A DNA stretch of 64,000 nt. Source: Torpedo marmorata. Its lineage: Eukaryota. The stretch is taken from the NCBI GenBank assembly GCA_977017645.1, contig OZ360238.1, forward strand, positions 59,830,001-59,894,000. The letters are read 5' to 3'. Of the stretch, positions 26,884 through 39,434 are shown one piece after another. The first letter of the stretch is position 1, and each line of letters starts with the position of its first letter. The position numbers and the translations under genes were made by a program. Under the pieces are notes generated by a model. The model saw only the letters and a program-made list of their open reading frames with translations, was not told the DNA's origin and did not search any database.

Positions 26884-28007
26884 AAATAATATTCCCCATA
26901 TCCGAAATTCGGTTAACCGAAAAGTTCAATTATCCAAACTTTTTTTCGGCGGCGACATGACGTCACAAGTTGAAAAAAATTTTTCACCCGACGTGCTCAT
27001 GTGGGGCTCTGACGCACTGTTAGTGCCATTTTGAATCCAACGGAGCTCTCATGTATTGTACAATGGCAAAAAGGTCTGCAGATAGCACTGTCGATGTCAG
27101 TGAAAAGAAAAGGAGGAAGCGTTTATGTCAGAAAGCTGGAAGAAGAGGATATTGAAGAAGTTTTTAATATCGATAATGATACTCCAGTTGTTCATTCACT
27201 GACCGATGATGAAATAGCTGAAATTGTTCTGCATCAAGGTGAGCGCGATGAAGATGCCTTAGTTGACACTGCAGAAAAAGTGCCTATAGACGACATTGCG
27301 AAAATGTGTGATGGACTTATTGTTGCACTAGAGCAGCGTGCATTCATAACAGAACAAGAAATCAAGATTCAAGATTCAATTTATTGTCATAGAAATAAGA
27401 CAGTGTCATATTCCATGAAATTTCTTTTTGCCTGCTGCAAGGCAGACAGATTCGCCACCGGCAGAAATTGCCTTAGCACCTCTAACATTCCTTAGTCAGA
27501 GAAAGAGAAGCAATAGAGTCCCCCAGAGTCACCGAGTGTCCGTAGATTTGCCTCTAGCGCTTCCGCAGCCACACAGAGTCAAATCCAAACCATCGGCAAC
27601 CCGAGCTCCAGATCCGAACCTCCAACACGCCATTACGCAGCACTGCGTATCATGACTTTATCATGTCAGTGTATAAAATCAAAGACAGACTGCTAAGACA
27701 AAAACCATTGTTATTGAGGCAGATGACACTGGAGGAAACATTTGAAAAAGCCATCGAGAAGAATTTCTAGTGTTTGTTGCTGCATTTATCTTATTTTGTA
27801 AGCAGAGATCACGTTGTTTTTAGGTAAGAATTAAACACTATTTCATACTTGAAAAGCCTTCCGTTGTTTTTTGTTGTTGTTTAACCGCTGATACAAGTAT
27901 TCTGCTGATGCTACTGGGCTGCTTAAAGCCATATCCGGTTATCCTAAAAATCCAGTTAACCGAAAAACGTCCGGTCCCAAGCTTTTCGAATATGGGGAAA
28001 CGTACTG
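26884..28007 (+). mobile_element. Tigger4/Zombi-like DNA transposon deletion derivative
   Basis: Transposase C-terminal remnant KLEEEDIEEVFNIDND...KVPIDD.AKMCDGLI...EQRAFITEQEI|MSVYKIKDRLLRQKPLL; degenerate TIRs, right end ...GTACTG|TA; split by an insertion at 27364-27659. Confidence 0.85.
27364..27659 (-). mobile_element. Short retroposon with Rex1/Babar-type tail, nested in the Tigger
   Basis: aagattcaagattcaatttattgtcat tail; near-identical to 51110-51380. Confidence 0.8.
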
Positions 28008-28686
28008 TATAATTTCTACACGAGGATGTTAAAAACATCAGAATTGAGATCTAACTCAATGTTGGCAGAATTGTAGTTCACAGTACTAAAGTGGTTAAGG
28101 GCTTTATAGATTTTATCCAAATACCCTTTCATTGTTTTAGTCATTACTTGTTTTTATATTATACACATCTACATTAGATTCTTGGATTCTTTGGACTTAA
28201 TTGAACATAAAGTATGCTCTCATGCATAAAGGTTTGCGTTTTTCTTCACAAGTGTTGTGCAATTTGAATGCCCCTTTGAAGCACCCTCAATGCACAATTT
28301 TTCATATTAAAATCCATGACTTCGATCTAGATTATTTCTGACCCTGTTTCAGTTCTCCTGAAATCTCTTGCATCCCTTCAGTTTATTAATTTGGTGTCAT
28401 GCTGTGAGTAGTTTTGATACCCAGTTCATATCTATACACACACAAATATATATATATATACACATAGATGACCACTTTGAGCAATGTTTTAACATTTTTC
28501 AATCCTTTACCATTAAAAACATATCAATTTTTCTACCAAAATGGATAACTCCAAATTTTTACACAGTACAATCCAGCTGCAACATTATCACCCTTTCACT
28601 AAGCATGTCCATATCCCCCAAAGCCTTTCTATATACTCCTCATTCCACCCAGCTTTGCATCATATGCAAATGTATATAGGTTATAC

Positions 28687-29659
28687 AGGTCTAGGACATT
28701 TTGGCGGCCAGTTTGGCGCCGGACATTTTGGCAGCCAGTTTGGCGCTGGATATTTTGGCCCACCACCCCACTCACCGTCTGCTGGCCGACTCTGTCCCGC
28801 CGCACTGCCTGAACCCCCCGCATTGCAGAAACTCCCTCCCCCCAAGAAACCACTCCCCTGGCAAACAAGGGCTTTTTGTAGCTTATAGCAATATTTTTAA
28901 ATTATTAAAAACAGTCGGGGAACAATCAAAAACAAAGGCTTTTGGTAAATTATAACGATATATTTATTATATTTATTGTAAGTTAATTACATATAATGGA
29001 ATATATAATTAATTGAATTTAAAATTATTAAAAATTTAAAAACACTCGTTAAAAACAATCCAGTTGTCGTAAACAATATTAAATTATTAAAAATTGTTTA
29101 TTAAAAAAATTAATCTATCAGTTCTTTCTCTCCATATGAAGACACTATCTTCAAGATTATTTGTTCCACACATCTGGCGCAACTCACTGCAACCACTGTG
29201 ACTATAACCACTGTCGCCGTTCTCTCTCTGCAGTGTCGTTCACGCAGCTTTTGACAAGAAATTGCGATAAAACGATCGAAAGTAAAACCCACCGTTAACC
29301 AAACAGAGCATTCTATAGTCACAACCCTCAGTACAAGTGAAAGGGTGCAGATAGGCGTTATTAACAAGAAACTTGCATACACATACATATAATTAATATC
29401 CTGCAATATATTATTAATCACAACTACCGTTAGATCTGCCACTGCCACCAGGGGAGCAGTTTCCTGGGGGGAGGGAGTTTCTGAAACGCTAGGGGTTCAG
29501 GCAGTAGCAGGCGGTGAGTGGAGCGGGGAGCTGGGCCAGTGCCAAACTGTGGGCGCCAAAATGTCCGAAGGGCTACAAAAGTCTCTTTTTTTTTTTGCCA
29601 AAATGTCTAGCGCCAAAATATCCGGCGCCTAACTGCGGGCGCCAAAATGTCTGATTCCG
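28687..29659. mobile_element. Mutator-like (MULE-type) non-autonomous element carrying a captured gene fragment
   Basis: About 170-210 bp imperfect TIRs built on GACATTTTGGCG repeats; 9-bp flanking duplication aggttatac/agattatac; interrupts a CR1 remnant that is continuous across it. Confidence 0.75.
29165..29451 (-). pseudogene. Captured fragment (about TM2-TM4) of a GPR139-like class A GPCR
   Basis: LVAVADL...TPICTLSLVLRVVTIECSVWLTVGFTFDRFIAISCQKLRERHCRERTATVVI: ADL of TM2, Cys at top of TM3, DRF motif; resembles the GPR139-like family expanded in sharks and rays. No stops or frameshifts. Confidence 0.88.
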
Positions 29660-30274
29660 AGATTATACGTGGTTTCCTTATCCAAATAATTGATGCACAC
29701 TGTGAACAGTTGAGGCCCAGCATCGATCCCTGTGGCATCTCACTAATTCAACGCAAAAAAAATGACTGTTTAATCTTACTTTGCTTTTAATTTCCTCTCT
29801 AAGGTAAATCACTCTTATTGCATTTGAAAATTGTTCATCCATTGTCAATAGGGACATTCAAAAGAGTCTGAGATAGGCACATAAATGTAAGAGAAATAGA
29901 GGTTATGGGTAGGGAAAAATTAGACTGTTGTGGAGTAGGTTTCTATAGGTCAGCACAACATCATGGGCTGAGGGCCTGTACTGTGTGTAATGTTCTATCT
30001 ATCTTCTAAGCTTCTCAATCAATATGCCACCCACATCTAAATTTTAAAAATAATTAATTTTATAAATGTTTATTCCATAGGATCTGGCAAAAACAGCTTA
30101 TTTTTGCTATCTCTAATTATGCTTGGTGGTGAGCAGCCTTTTGGAGATAGATATAAAACTAGTGATTTCAGCATTACCCCTGAGAGAAACTAGTTAAGTC
30201 CAAACAATAAAACACTTTTTATCAACCATTTTTTACAAATGTTTCCATCAAACCCACTTCTTGCCCATATACAG

Positions 30275-30323
30275 TACATGTCCATTTAAACATTAAGGCA
30301 CATAATGTTTAAATGGACATGTA
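30275..30323. repeat. Perfect 21-bp inverted repeat with 7-nt loop
   Basis: TACATGTCCATTTAAACATTA-aggcaca-TAATGTTTAAATGGACATGTA. Confidence 0.92.
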
Positions 30324-30374
30324 TATTGTTTTCAACTCCCTGCAGGGTCCATTGCCTCAGGGATAGAAACAGCT

Positions 30375-30590
30375 CTGTGGTTGCATTCTCTTCTCTCAAT
30401 CAGAAGGTCATGGATACACGCTTCGCTCCAGAGGCTTGTGTACATAATCAAGTCTGACACTCCCATTGCGGAGCTGAGGGATTGCTGCACTTTAGGTGGT
30501 GCCATCCTCAAGGGGAGACAATAATCTGAGGTACCATCTGTCCTTTCAGTGAATAGTGGAAGATCTCACAACTTTATTCAAAATAAAAAG
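30375..30590 (+). mobile_element. DeuSINE (SacSINE1-like) 5' part
   Basis: tcagaagg...ctccagag.cttg...ctgacactccc...gagggattgctgcac; continues at ~30830-30870 and ~31160-31220 after a nested V-SINE and CR1. Confidence 0.65.
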
Positions 30591-30604
30591 CACAAGACAC
30601 AAGA

Positions 30605-30825
30605 CAGTTAGCGCAATTCTTTTACAGCGCCAGAGACCGGGAATCGAATCCCACGCTGTCTGTGAGGAGTTTGTATGTTCTCCCCATGTCTGCGTGGGTT
30701 TCCTCCGGGTGCTCCGGTTTCCTCCCACCCTTCAACAACGTACTAGGGGTGTAGGTCAATTGGGTGTATTTGGGCGGTACCGCCTTGTGGGCCTGTTATC
30801 GTTTTGTATGTCTAAATTTAAAATT
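30605..30825 (+). mobile_element. V-SINE
   Basis: Same family as 19980-20235. Confidence 0.9.
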
Positions 30826-31908
30826 TGGAACTTCTCGATGATATTCTGGCAAACAGTTATCCCTTATCCAAAATCAGTAAGCATGAGCATATTGGGCCTA
30901 TACTCTGAAGTTTAAAAGAATGAGAGGTGCTTTGGATGAAACATACATAATTCTTATAGAACTTAAAGTAGAATGCAAAGATTATGTTCCCCTCATTAGG
31001 TTCCTCAAACTAGGATTGCTGTTTCGAAATACAGGGTCAACCATTCAGGACTGAGATGAGGAGAAATTACTTCACAATTTGTCATGAATTATCTATCCAA
31101 GAGGAAGGTGGAGACTCAGTCATGGAGTATATTCATTGAACAGTTTCTATTTTCTACATCCTCACCTACTAAAACTGATTACCTAATTATCCAATTGCTG
31201 TTTGTGGTCAAGTTTCCTACCTACAAGTTCTTCCTTTTCACTCTTTCAGAAATTAAATTTAATTTCACTCCACCAGTCTTTGATTTCTTCCTTTTCTAAT
31301 TTCTCATTTGATGTTCTCAGATCCTCGCCTACATAAAAGGTGCTAAATCTACAATGTAATCTATTTTTACAATTTTAAATATGAAAAATAATACATATAT
31401 TGTTGTTTATATTATATATTCCATTCATAAATTCTACGATTATGGTGCACGTCAGATGGATATATTCTCCTTTTAATACAATTATTAATCTTACGTATTT
31501 CTACCTGGGACCCATTCCTACATTGGCCTCCATGAGGTTTATCATCTGATCTTGCAGCACTTAAATTGGTGTGGAAGTAGCTCCTGAAATTTAAATGGGC
31601 CAGTAAATCCAGAATCACTTCTTCCACTTCAAAACAAGATGTTCATCAAAAACAACGGCACATAATCCCGGAGCAGGCCTGACCCACTGAGTCTGCCACC
31701 AACTCGTTTTTCTGCACATAATTCTGAATGGAGAAATCAGATTTTAGGAAGCAAATTTCAACCCACTGTCAGTTCTGATTAGTTAAGGGCAGAATCAGAG
31801 TAATTGACTCACAGGTGTTCCAAGGCCCAGCAATTAAGAGAGAATGTCAGTGGCATCAATGTTTATTCAGAATTTCAAGGAACTTCAGAAATCTTGTATT
31901 TTAACTGA

Positions 31909-32175
31909 GGGCGGCACGGTTAGCGTAGCGGTTAGCGCAACGCTGTTACAGCGCCAGCGATCGGGACCGGGGTTCAAATCCCGCATTGTCTGTAAGGAGT
32001 TTGTATGTTCTCCCCGTGTCTGCGTGGGTTTCCTCCGGGTGCTCCAGTTTCCTCCCACCTATCAAAAAAACATACTGGGGGGTTGTAGGTCAATTAGGTG
32101 TAATTGGGCGGCACGGGCTCGTGGGCCGAAAGGGCCTGTTACTGTGCTGTATGTCGAAATTAAAAAATATATAAA
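31909..32175 (+). mobile_element. V-SINE, full length
   Basis: gggcggcacggttagcgtagcggttagcgc head, B box GGTTCAAATCC, V-domain and tail. Confidence 0.92.
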
Positions 32176-33371
32176 TTAATATTAATTCCATCTTTCACAA
32201 ACTCAAGAATCTGCAGACTTGTAACATGGAGACTAATAAAATATCATGAACAGAAATAGGAAAATAATGGTAAACATTACAGGCACATGTAATATATATT
32301 ATATCAAGGCATTAATTAGTTGTTTTAGATCAATTGAGTATTAGGCTGTCTTATACTGAATGGCTGGTTTAAGCAGTTGTTTTAAGAATAAGAATAGATT
32401 CATAACATTAGTTTTATCATCCACAGCACCTGTTTTACATGTGAAGAGTCAAATAAAAATATGCACCAATACATTAATGGATGAAGAGATTGTATGCAGT
32501 AATTAAATTCATGTTTATCATGATCAATAATTGTCTTTTGCAACAGACATTTCCTTTTTTCCCCCCTAAAGGAACTTGTCTGCCCTTAAAAAGGTTAATG
32601 TGGAAACAAAATCTGAAAGAAGATGCATTAAGCAGAGAGTGTTTGTGGAGCCATAGGTCATGTAAAAAAGCCAAGGTGCTCCACCCGAAGCAATATTTAA
32701 TTGACCAGCTTTCCATCCAAAGTCTTCGCTTCACAACCATTCTGGCAGCCTGATAAGGATCAAGCTCCAAGGTAGTCATCTACAACAACGTGTTCAATGC
32801 TTGACATTTCCTGTTTCGAGCTTTTGCTTCCCTTATCCACATCTCCAGCAGTTTATTTTTAATCTCGACTCACCATCGGGGCGACACACGGCACACTGCA
32901 TCCCTACTACCAGGAGAGAAAAACTAGCTTGAAAATTGTTTGTGATTCTGATCTCATTGTTACCCTTTATTGTGGGCTAAACTGAGTGATTACACCATTA
33001 GAGGGATGTGCTTTTGAAAACAAGTACACAACTTTTTAATTTAAGATGGATAACAGCAACTTTATTGTTCCTATTTGGATGGCTTGCAATTTATCTCTTT
33101 AGCTGAAACTAATTATTCCACATTTTGTGGATCCTTTGAAAAATCAAACAGTAAATTCCCTTTCAACATCCCAGGGAAGAGCTATCAAAGAAAAGCATTA
33201 GTGCTGAAACTTAAATGGCAACAAGAAAACCCTTATCTGTTCTTCTACCAAGTACAAGAGCACTGCTTTGTGTCTATAAAAGATTTCTGGCACAGTGGGA
33301 AAACCTGGTCAATCTCATACCCTGGGACCTGTCCAAAGTGCCAACACAGCTAAGTTGGAAATTAATACACT

Positions 33372-33561
33372 NNNNNNNNNNNNNNNNNNNNNNNNNNNNN
33401 NNNNNNNNNNNNNNNNNNNNNNNNNNNNNNNNNNNNNNNNNNNNNNNNNNNNNNNNNNNNNNNNNNNNNNNNNNNNNNNNNNNNNNNNNNNNNNNNNNNN
33501 NNNNNNNNNNNNNNNNNNNNNNNNNNNNNNNNNNNNNNNNNNNNNNNNNNNNNNNNNNNNN
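33372..33561. other. Assembly gap
   Basis: Run of N. Confidence 1.
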
Positions 33562-36500
33562 AGAATTTAAAGCCATTTTAGCTTTTTTCCTAAAAAGCAA
33601 AGGTGGTGAGATATTGTCTTCTACGTTTTCTCAGTATGATAGTTTTCAACTCCTCGACTGGAGGTCAAAAGCTACTGACCACAACAGCTTAAGGAAACAA
33701 GATTTCTCTTAACTATTTTTCCTAAAGCATTATGTTGCAATCATGCAGGTATTTTCACCACTTGTCCTTTCCTGACTGATTGCAGAAACACTCCACATAT
33801 GCTCTGCTAGTAAACACTGGGAATTACACGAGTTTGCTGCTTCCTGCTAGCTTCTCATTCTGTTACTTTCACCAGTAACTTTGTTAAGGAAATATTGCCA
33901 GCTGGGAAACTATTATTTGTCAAAATATCTCAAGAATAAAATTAAACTAAACATTACTAATGCTAATTTTGCAGTGGTTACACACTATAAAATCAAAAAC
34001 TTGCTGTTCTTTGATTCCTATAACCAAACAATTGTTAACAGTGGCTCAATGCTAAATATTTAAATATATGACAATGAATTTTAATTTGCCAAAATTGTTT
34101 CTACCATATATATGAACAAAATATTTCACTTGGATTTCATTGCAATTTATTTTTTCATAAACCCAGGCTGTTTTTAAACGATGTCTGCACATTGTGTACA
34201 TTTTCCAGCTGATATGAATTTTAGTTGCCTATTGGTTTGCATGATTTCAAATCCTTGGAGACAGGTTGCTATCCTTTGCATCTAGGAACAGCCACAGCAA
34301 GTCTCAATCATCTCACAGGAGAATTTGGCTTTTTATGTTACCTCTTTTACTCAGAAAGCAAAGCTTGTATAGGTTCTTTTGAAAGGTAACTATCTTTGAA
34401 TGGTGTTGACGGCTATCTTAATCTCACACCTGATAATGCTTCAATCTCAGATGCCTTTTATGAAGCACAAACATTTACTTAACCTTCATCTTTCAATAAA
34501 TGCATCATTCATCTAATAGCTCATCATTTCATAGGATAAAATTTTGCAAAAATAGTTGATGGTTTATCTGGATGTCATTTTAATGGAAGGTTCAACATTT
34601 ACATCACAACAGCGAACACTGTGGGAGGAAAACTGTGGTCCATAGGGAGATAAAATGGCAGGAATAAATTTTGCCATTAGAATATGGTAAATAAAATATC
34701 TATTCTTGACTTGTGCTTTCAAGAACCATGGCACCTTGAAATTAGAAATTTAATAATAATTTTCTCTCAAACAAACAGCTGAAATCTGTCTGCAGATCAC
34801 ATGATTTTTTTTCCCACACAACCACTTTTGGATTTTCTAGCTAATTTAATTTGAAAGCATTATTTTGACAGCATGAAAGTGTATCTCACAAAAAGTCCAT
34901 CAATGGAATAACAATCATATATTTCAAATATCATATTTTAAAATAGTTTGTAAAATCCTAGTGTAGCTTAAAGTAGTTTAAAGGAAAAGCTTGCTTTATA
35001 AACTCTTTTCATGAATCTTACAGAATGCCGAGCCCTGTCTCTATTTGTTGAAGACGAGAAGCTCATGCTCCAAACAATCCCGGGAAAGAGGCACCTTCCA
35101 ATATCTGTTTTAGTTTAAGCAGTTCAATCTCAATTCAAATCGTCACCCTAAACCCCATTAAAATGAATTTTAGGTAGAGGAATTAAAAAAGCTTATCAAA
35201 GAAGCAGTCAGAGAGTATAATAACTTCATTTTGTTTAAAAAAGCTGCACCAAAATCAAGAAGAAACACTAGGATATTTTTTGCAGGGTTTTAATTACCTT
35301 TAAGGGTAAGGTGATATACAAATAATTTCTGTTAAATTATTACATCACAGACTGAGCCATGCTTAGGTTTGACCAAGAATATTTTAAAAAAGCCTCATTA
35401 TCTCAGGAGTACGACAGCAACACGTCTGCCTCATTTTTAGGATCAGATCGGCTCTTTTTTTTTTTACAGTTCATATACAGAACACTGTTGAAATTAGCCC
35501 TGGTATTTGGCAGTGCAGTTTATCAAATACTGTTCCCTAAGATGCTATGTGACAGAAAGCATGTTTGCATTCAGCAAAATGTTAAGAAAACTCAGAATTC
35601 AAATGATAATCGAGGCACACCATGTAGAGCTTGTGAAGGTGAGGTATATGGTCATCTCTTCCCCAGGATTCCACAGGAAACTGCTAATCACCTCTGAAGG
35701 ATTTACTGCAATTTTTAAAAAAATCAATGGAGGGAAGCAATTTCTCATTTTGAAATGAGGCAGCATTTGATTTACCTACTTTTATCCAACCTTTGTTATA
35801 TCATCATCCCATTTAAGAATTTGAAAATACTCTCAATTCATTACAGCATCACTCAATGTTTTATTTATGTCAAAATACCTTATATTTTGAATAATGATCG
35901 AAATCATAACCCGTGTTTCTATAAATGTATATTTTTCCCAGATAAAAATTTCCCTAACTTGGCACAATTAATTTAAATCTAACATGAATGAATACACCTA
36001 TACTTTTCAAATCCACCCAAGTGAAACGTTAGTGGCAGCATTATTTCCCTTTATTCACTTGACTCAATAGTTTTATTGCCACCTTTTAGTAATTTCTTAT
36101 TTTACTCCCTTAATTTGCATCTTATTTCTTTCATATATCCATAAACCTGTTCAGCGACAGCTGTTTAATATTCTACATGCTGGCTGCCAAGACCAACTGC
36201 CATTATAGTACAGTTGAATATGATAATAAGGATTCACTCTGCAAAACTGACTTCACTGCAGCAATCCATAGTACCTTACATAGATTGTAAGGTGACAGCA
36301 ATGTGTGAAAAAGCAATGGTAAATTTGATTGATGATGGTTTAAAATTTCAGCAAATGTAGGTCAATAACAGAGATGGTGAACTTTTAAACCTTTCCTGTA
36401 GCTCAAATTGAAGAAAAGCATGTAAAGCAGCATGTGGCTATCACATAGCAACTCAATGGATTAGCATAATGGCTTCTTCTAATGAATGTCTGCTTATGAC

Positions 36501-37429
36501 CAAATGCTTGTGAGAGAGCCAAATCCAATGTAGAGCACTGCGTGGCCACTGTACCATTGCACAAATGGGGCACCCAGTCTCACTATCATCCTGTTGGCTG
36601 TTTGAGGCCATGTCCACAATCCTCAAAGTACTATGTGGCAAACTAGCTCATTTGACAGCCAACGTGATAAAGTTGGTGTCCAACACAGACATTATATCAG
36701 AATCAGAATTTATTGTCATGAACAAGTCATGAAATTCGGTGTTCAGTCATCAGAGTTAATTAATTTCATCAGTGATACGTTTTTTTTTCAAGTTTGGAGG
36801 AATTTGGCTGAAAGTCCAGTTGATTTTCTTGTGCTCTTGCTTCAATTTTTTTAAAATTGTTTTTGTTTCAATGGTGATTCTTCCGTTTCCATCAGGTTTG
36901 GCAAGGAAGATATTTTCAGTGAATTCTCAGTGACAGTGCAAGCAATCTGAATTAATAACACGGCAGGGAAAATTATTAACTCTTTCCATGTTTCAAACTC
37001 TCTCCATTCCAAACGTGCCAGGGACTCTTCCAACAAGTATTTTCTAATTCCATTGCCATTGGAGACCAATGGTCCAACTCTTTCTTTTAAAAGAGTGGCT
37101 GAAGTGAAAAAATGACTCACAATGGATTTCAATGTTCATGAAGTAAAACAGATAGCATGAATTTCAAATCCCAATGATGCAGTATTTTTTTTAGAAAGGA
37201 TAACTGGCACCATAATGTGGAAACCCATCTGAACACATACACAGCCCAGAGAGATTCTGCTAATGAGACTGTTCTGCCATTTCTTCACTAAACATGCCTT
37301 TTAATAAGGCATGACACAGAATTCACATGCTTCTCTCTCATGTTAATATATCTTACAATTTTACAGGTAACTAATGTGGTTTTCAGAGAAAGGAAACTAG
37401 CATGCAATAGAAACATAACAAGATAATTG

Positions 37430-37893
37430 TGAAACACGAAAGTCTGCAGATGCTGTGATTGTAGTAAAAACACAGAAAAACTGGAGGAACTCAGCAGGTC
37501 TCGCAGTGTCCATAGGAGGTAAAGATATATTACTAATGTTTCAGGCCTGAGCCCTTCTTCAATACCTTGAACACCATCAGATCTTGAGGTCACATTCTTT
37601 CTTTTGGACCTTAGCTTTCAAGATCCTCTAGAGCGGTTTCTTTATCCTTGAGATGAGCATCCAAGGACACCTTGCTTTTGTAATTATTTAGTTTCTCGAT
37701 CCAATTAACACCTTTTGTCAGTTGGTCTGTACTCTGCCCATTCTTCCCTTCTCTCTAGCCTTTTAACTCAGGCACCTGCCTGCTTTTTACTCATACCTTG
37801 AAGAAGGGCTCAGGCCCAAAATGTCGGTTATCCTTCCTCCTCCTATTTACGTTTCAAGGCCTGCTGAGTTCCTCCAGCATTTCTGTGTTTTCA
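37430..37893. mobile_element. Penelope-like inverted terminal-repeat pair with decayed hammerhead motifs
   Basis: Minus copy 37430-37563 and plus copy 37790-37893, both with TTGAAGAAGGGCTCAGGCC cores. Confidence 0.75.
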
Positions 37894-39367
37894 ATAGAAC
37901 ATTATTCGTCTTTCAATCTCCAAAAAAGAACCTGCAACTAAATTTGTATTTGGAAAATTATGGTAGAATTACATACTTATAAAAATGAAAGAACTGCTTT
38001 TACATGAATAACATCCTTACTAAATTAGTAGTAAAATTTTAGTTACTAAGAGCAAAAGGACATATGTTCCTTTGAAAAATCAACCCCCAACTTCACAATC
38101 ACAAAGCAAATATGCACAAACAAATATGAAAATACCTATATGCCTGTTTTGTCTGTTAGCAGAGCACTACCACTCCTGTTGGTAATAGTTAGAGACCAAG
38201 ATCACAACTTTTCTCAATTAAAGTCAAGAAAACATTCATGCGGTTTGACAGAGTGAGCTTTTTTTGTCAGAGGTATATGGATGTTACTCTTTATTCCTCT
38301 CCTGTTCTGGTACCAATAGCTACTCACTTTATTTAGCAGGCATAACAAACAGGCTACCTGCTGCCAGGTTTTCTGTGATGCTATTATAAGATGGCTACAA
38401 GAATGAATGTCAAATTAGCCCATGCATGTGGATTCACTCTAACTGATTGCCTCCCTTCTTGGAATAAGTTCTCAGTGCTTCTTTATAGTTGCACAACTCA
38501 GATCATACAGTGTATGGTCGGAGCCCTCCATCCCATTAGAGTTATAATCTGGCATCTCAGCCGAATATGGTAACACTAAAATCAGTTCTTTAACAGTATA
38601 TGTGTGAATCAGAATTATTTAATTGTCACTACTTTGAAATGAGATCAATTCAATATTCAATTTACTTAATATTGCTAAAATTGTAGAAAAAGATTCACAC
38701 TGAGGCACAAATAATATACAGACTACCCCTGTACTCAGTATGCATAGTGACACTACGTCAAATGTTACTTCACTATTTCACTCAGTGTGTTCTTAACTGC
38801 CTTCTGAGTTAGCCCAACCAGCCTCTCCACTCACTCAAGGTAGAAGTTCGCTTTCTCAAGTGCAATTGGGTTGGCAATAAATGCTGGCCTTGGCAGTGAC
38901 ACCCATATTCTAAAACAAGAATAAAACAAAACTCTTCAATCATCTTTAAATATTATCCTATTTAGCTTGAGATCAAAATCTATATGAAAAACCTTAATGT
39001 TTGAAACCACAATAATTACATTTTCTCTCATAAACTGACCAAAATATAGCTCTTTAATGGTATTCCTTGTGTTCATTACTAATTTTGTTCTATTTAAAAT
39101 ACAAATATAATGTATATGCTCATATTGTAAATTTGAACTGAATCAAAATTACCATCAATATTTCTATAACTTTTTTTTTCTGAAACCTATTCCTGCCTGT
39201 CACTCAAGGTCACTCTTTCATTAATTTACAAGTTCCCAGGAAATGGATGACCATGCACATATGTGAGCAAGACCATTTCAGGCAATAGGTCACAATGTCA
39301 TGTTGCTAAGTGGCACAGTTTGTTTTTCTCAGTGATGTCGCTCTGGTCTTGTGCACTATTGGAGCAA

Positions 39368-39395
39368 TAGTGCCCTCTGCTGTTTTAATTCTGCA
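39368..39395 (-). promoter_or_regulatory. Candidate CTCF site
   Basis: Minus strand TGCAGaattaaaaCAGCAGAGGGCACTA resembles the CTCF core plus upstream module; motif match only. Confidence 0.35.
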
Positions 39396-39434
39396 TTTAC
39401 GCTGACCATTACCAAGGATGCTCGTTCAGAGATT

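Noticed and set aside
29110-29448. Intact GPR139 gene nested in FTO
   Set aside because: Only about TM2-TM4 is present, with no ATG start, and it is bounded by transposon sequence.
33215-33712. ORFs spanning poly-X (also at 43053-43419)
   Set aside because: Artefacts of N gaps.
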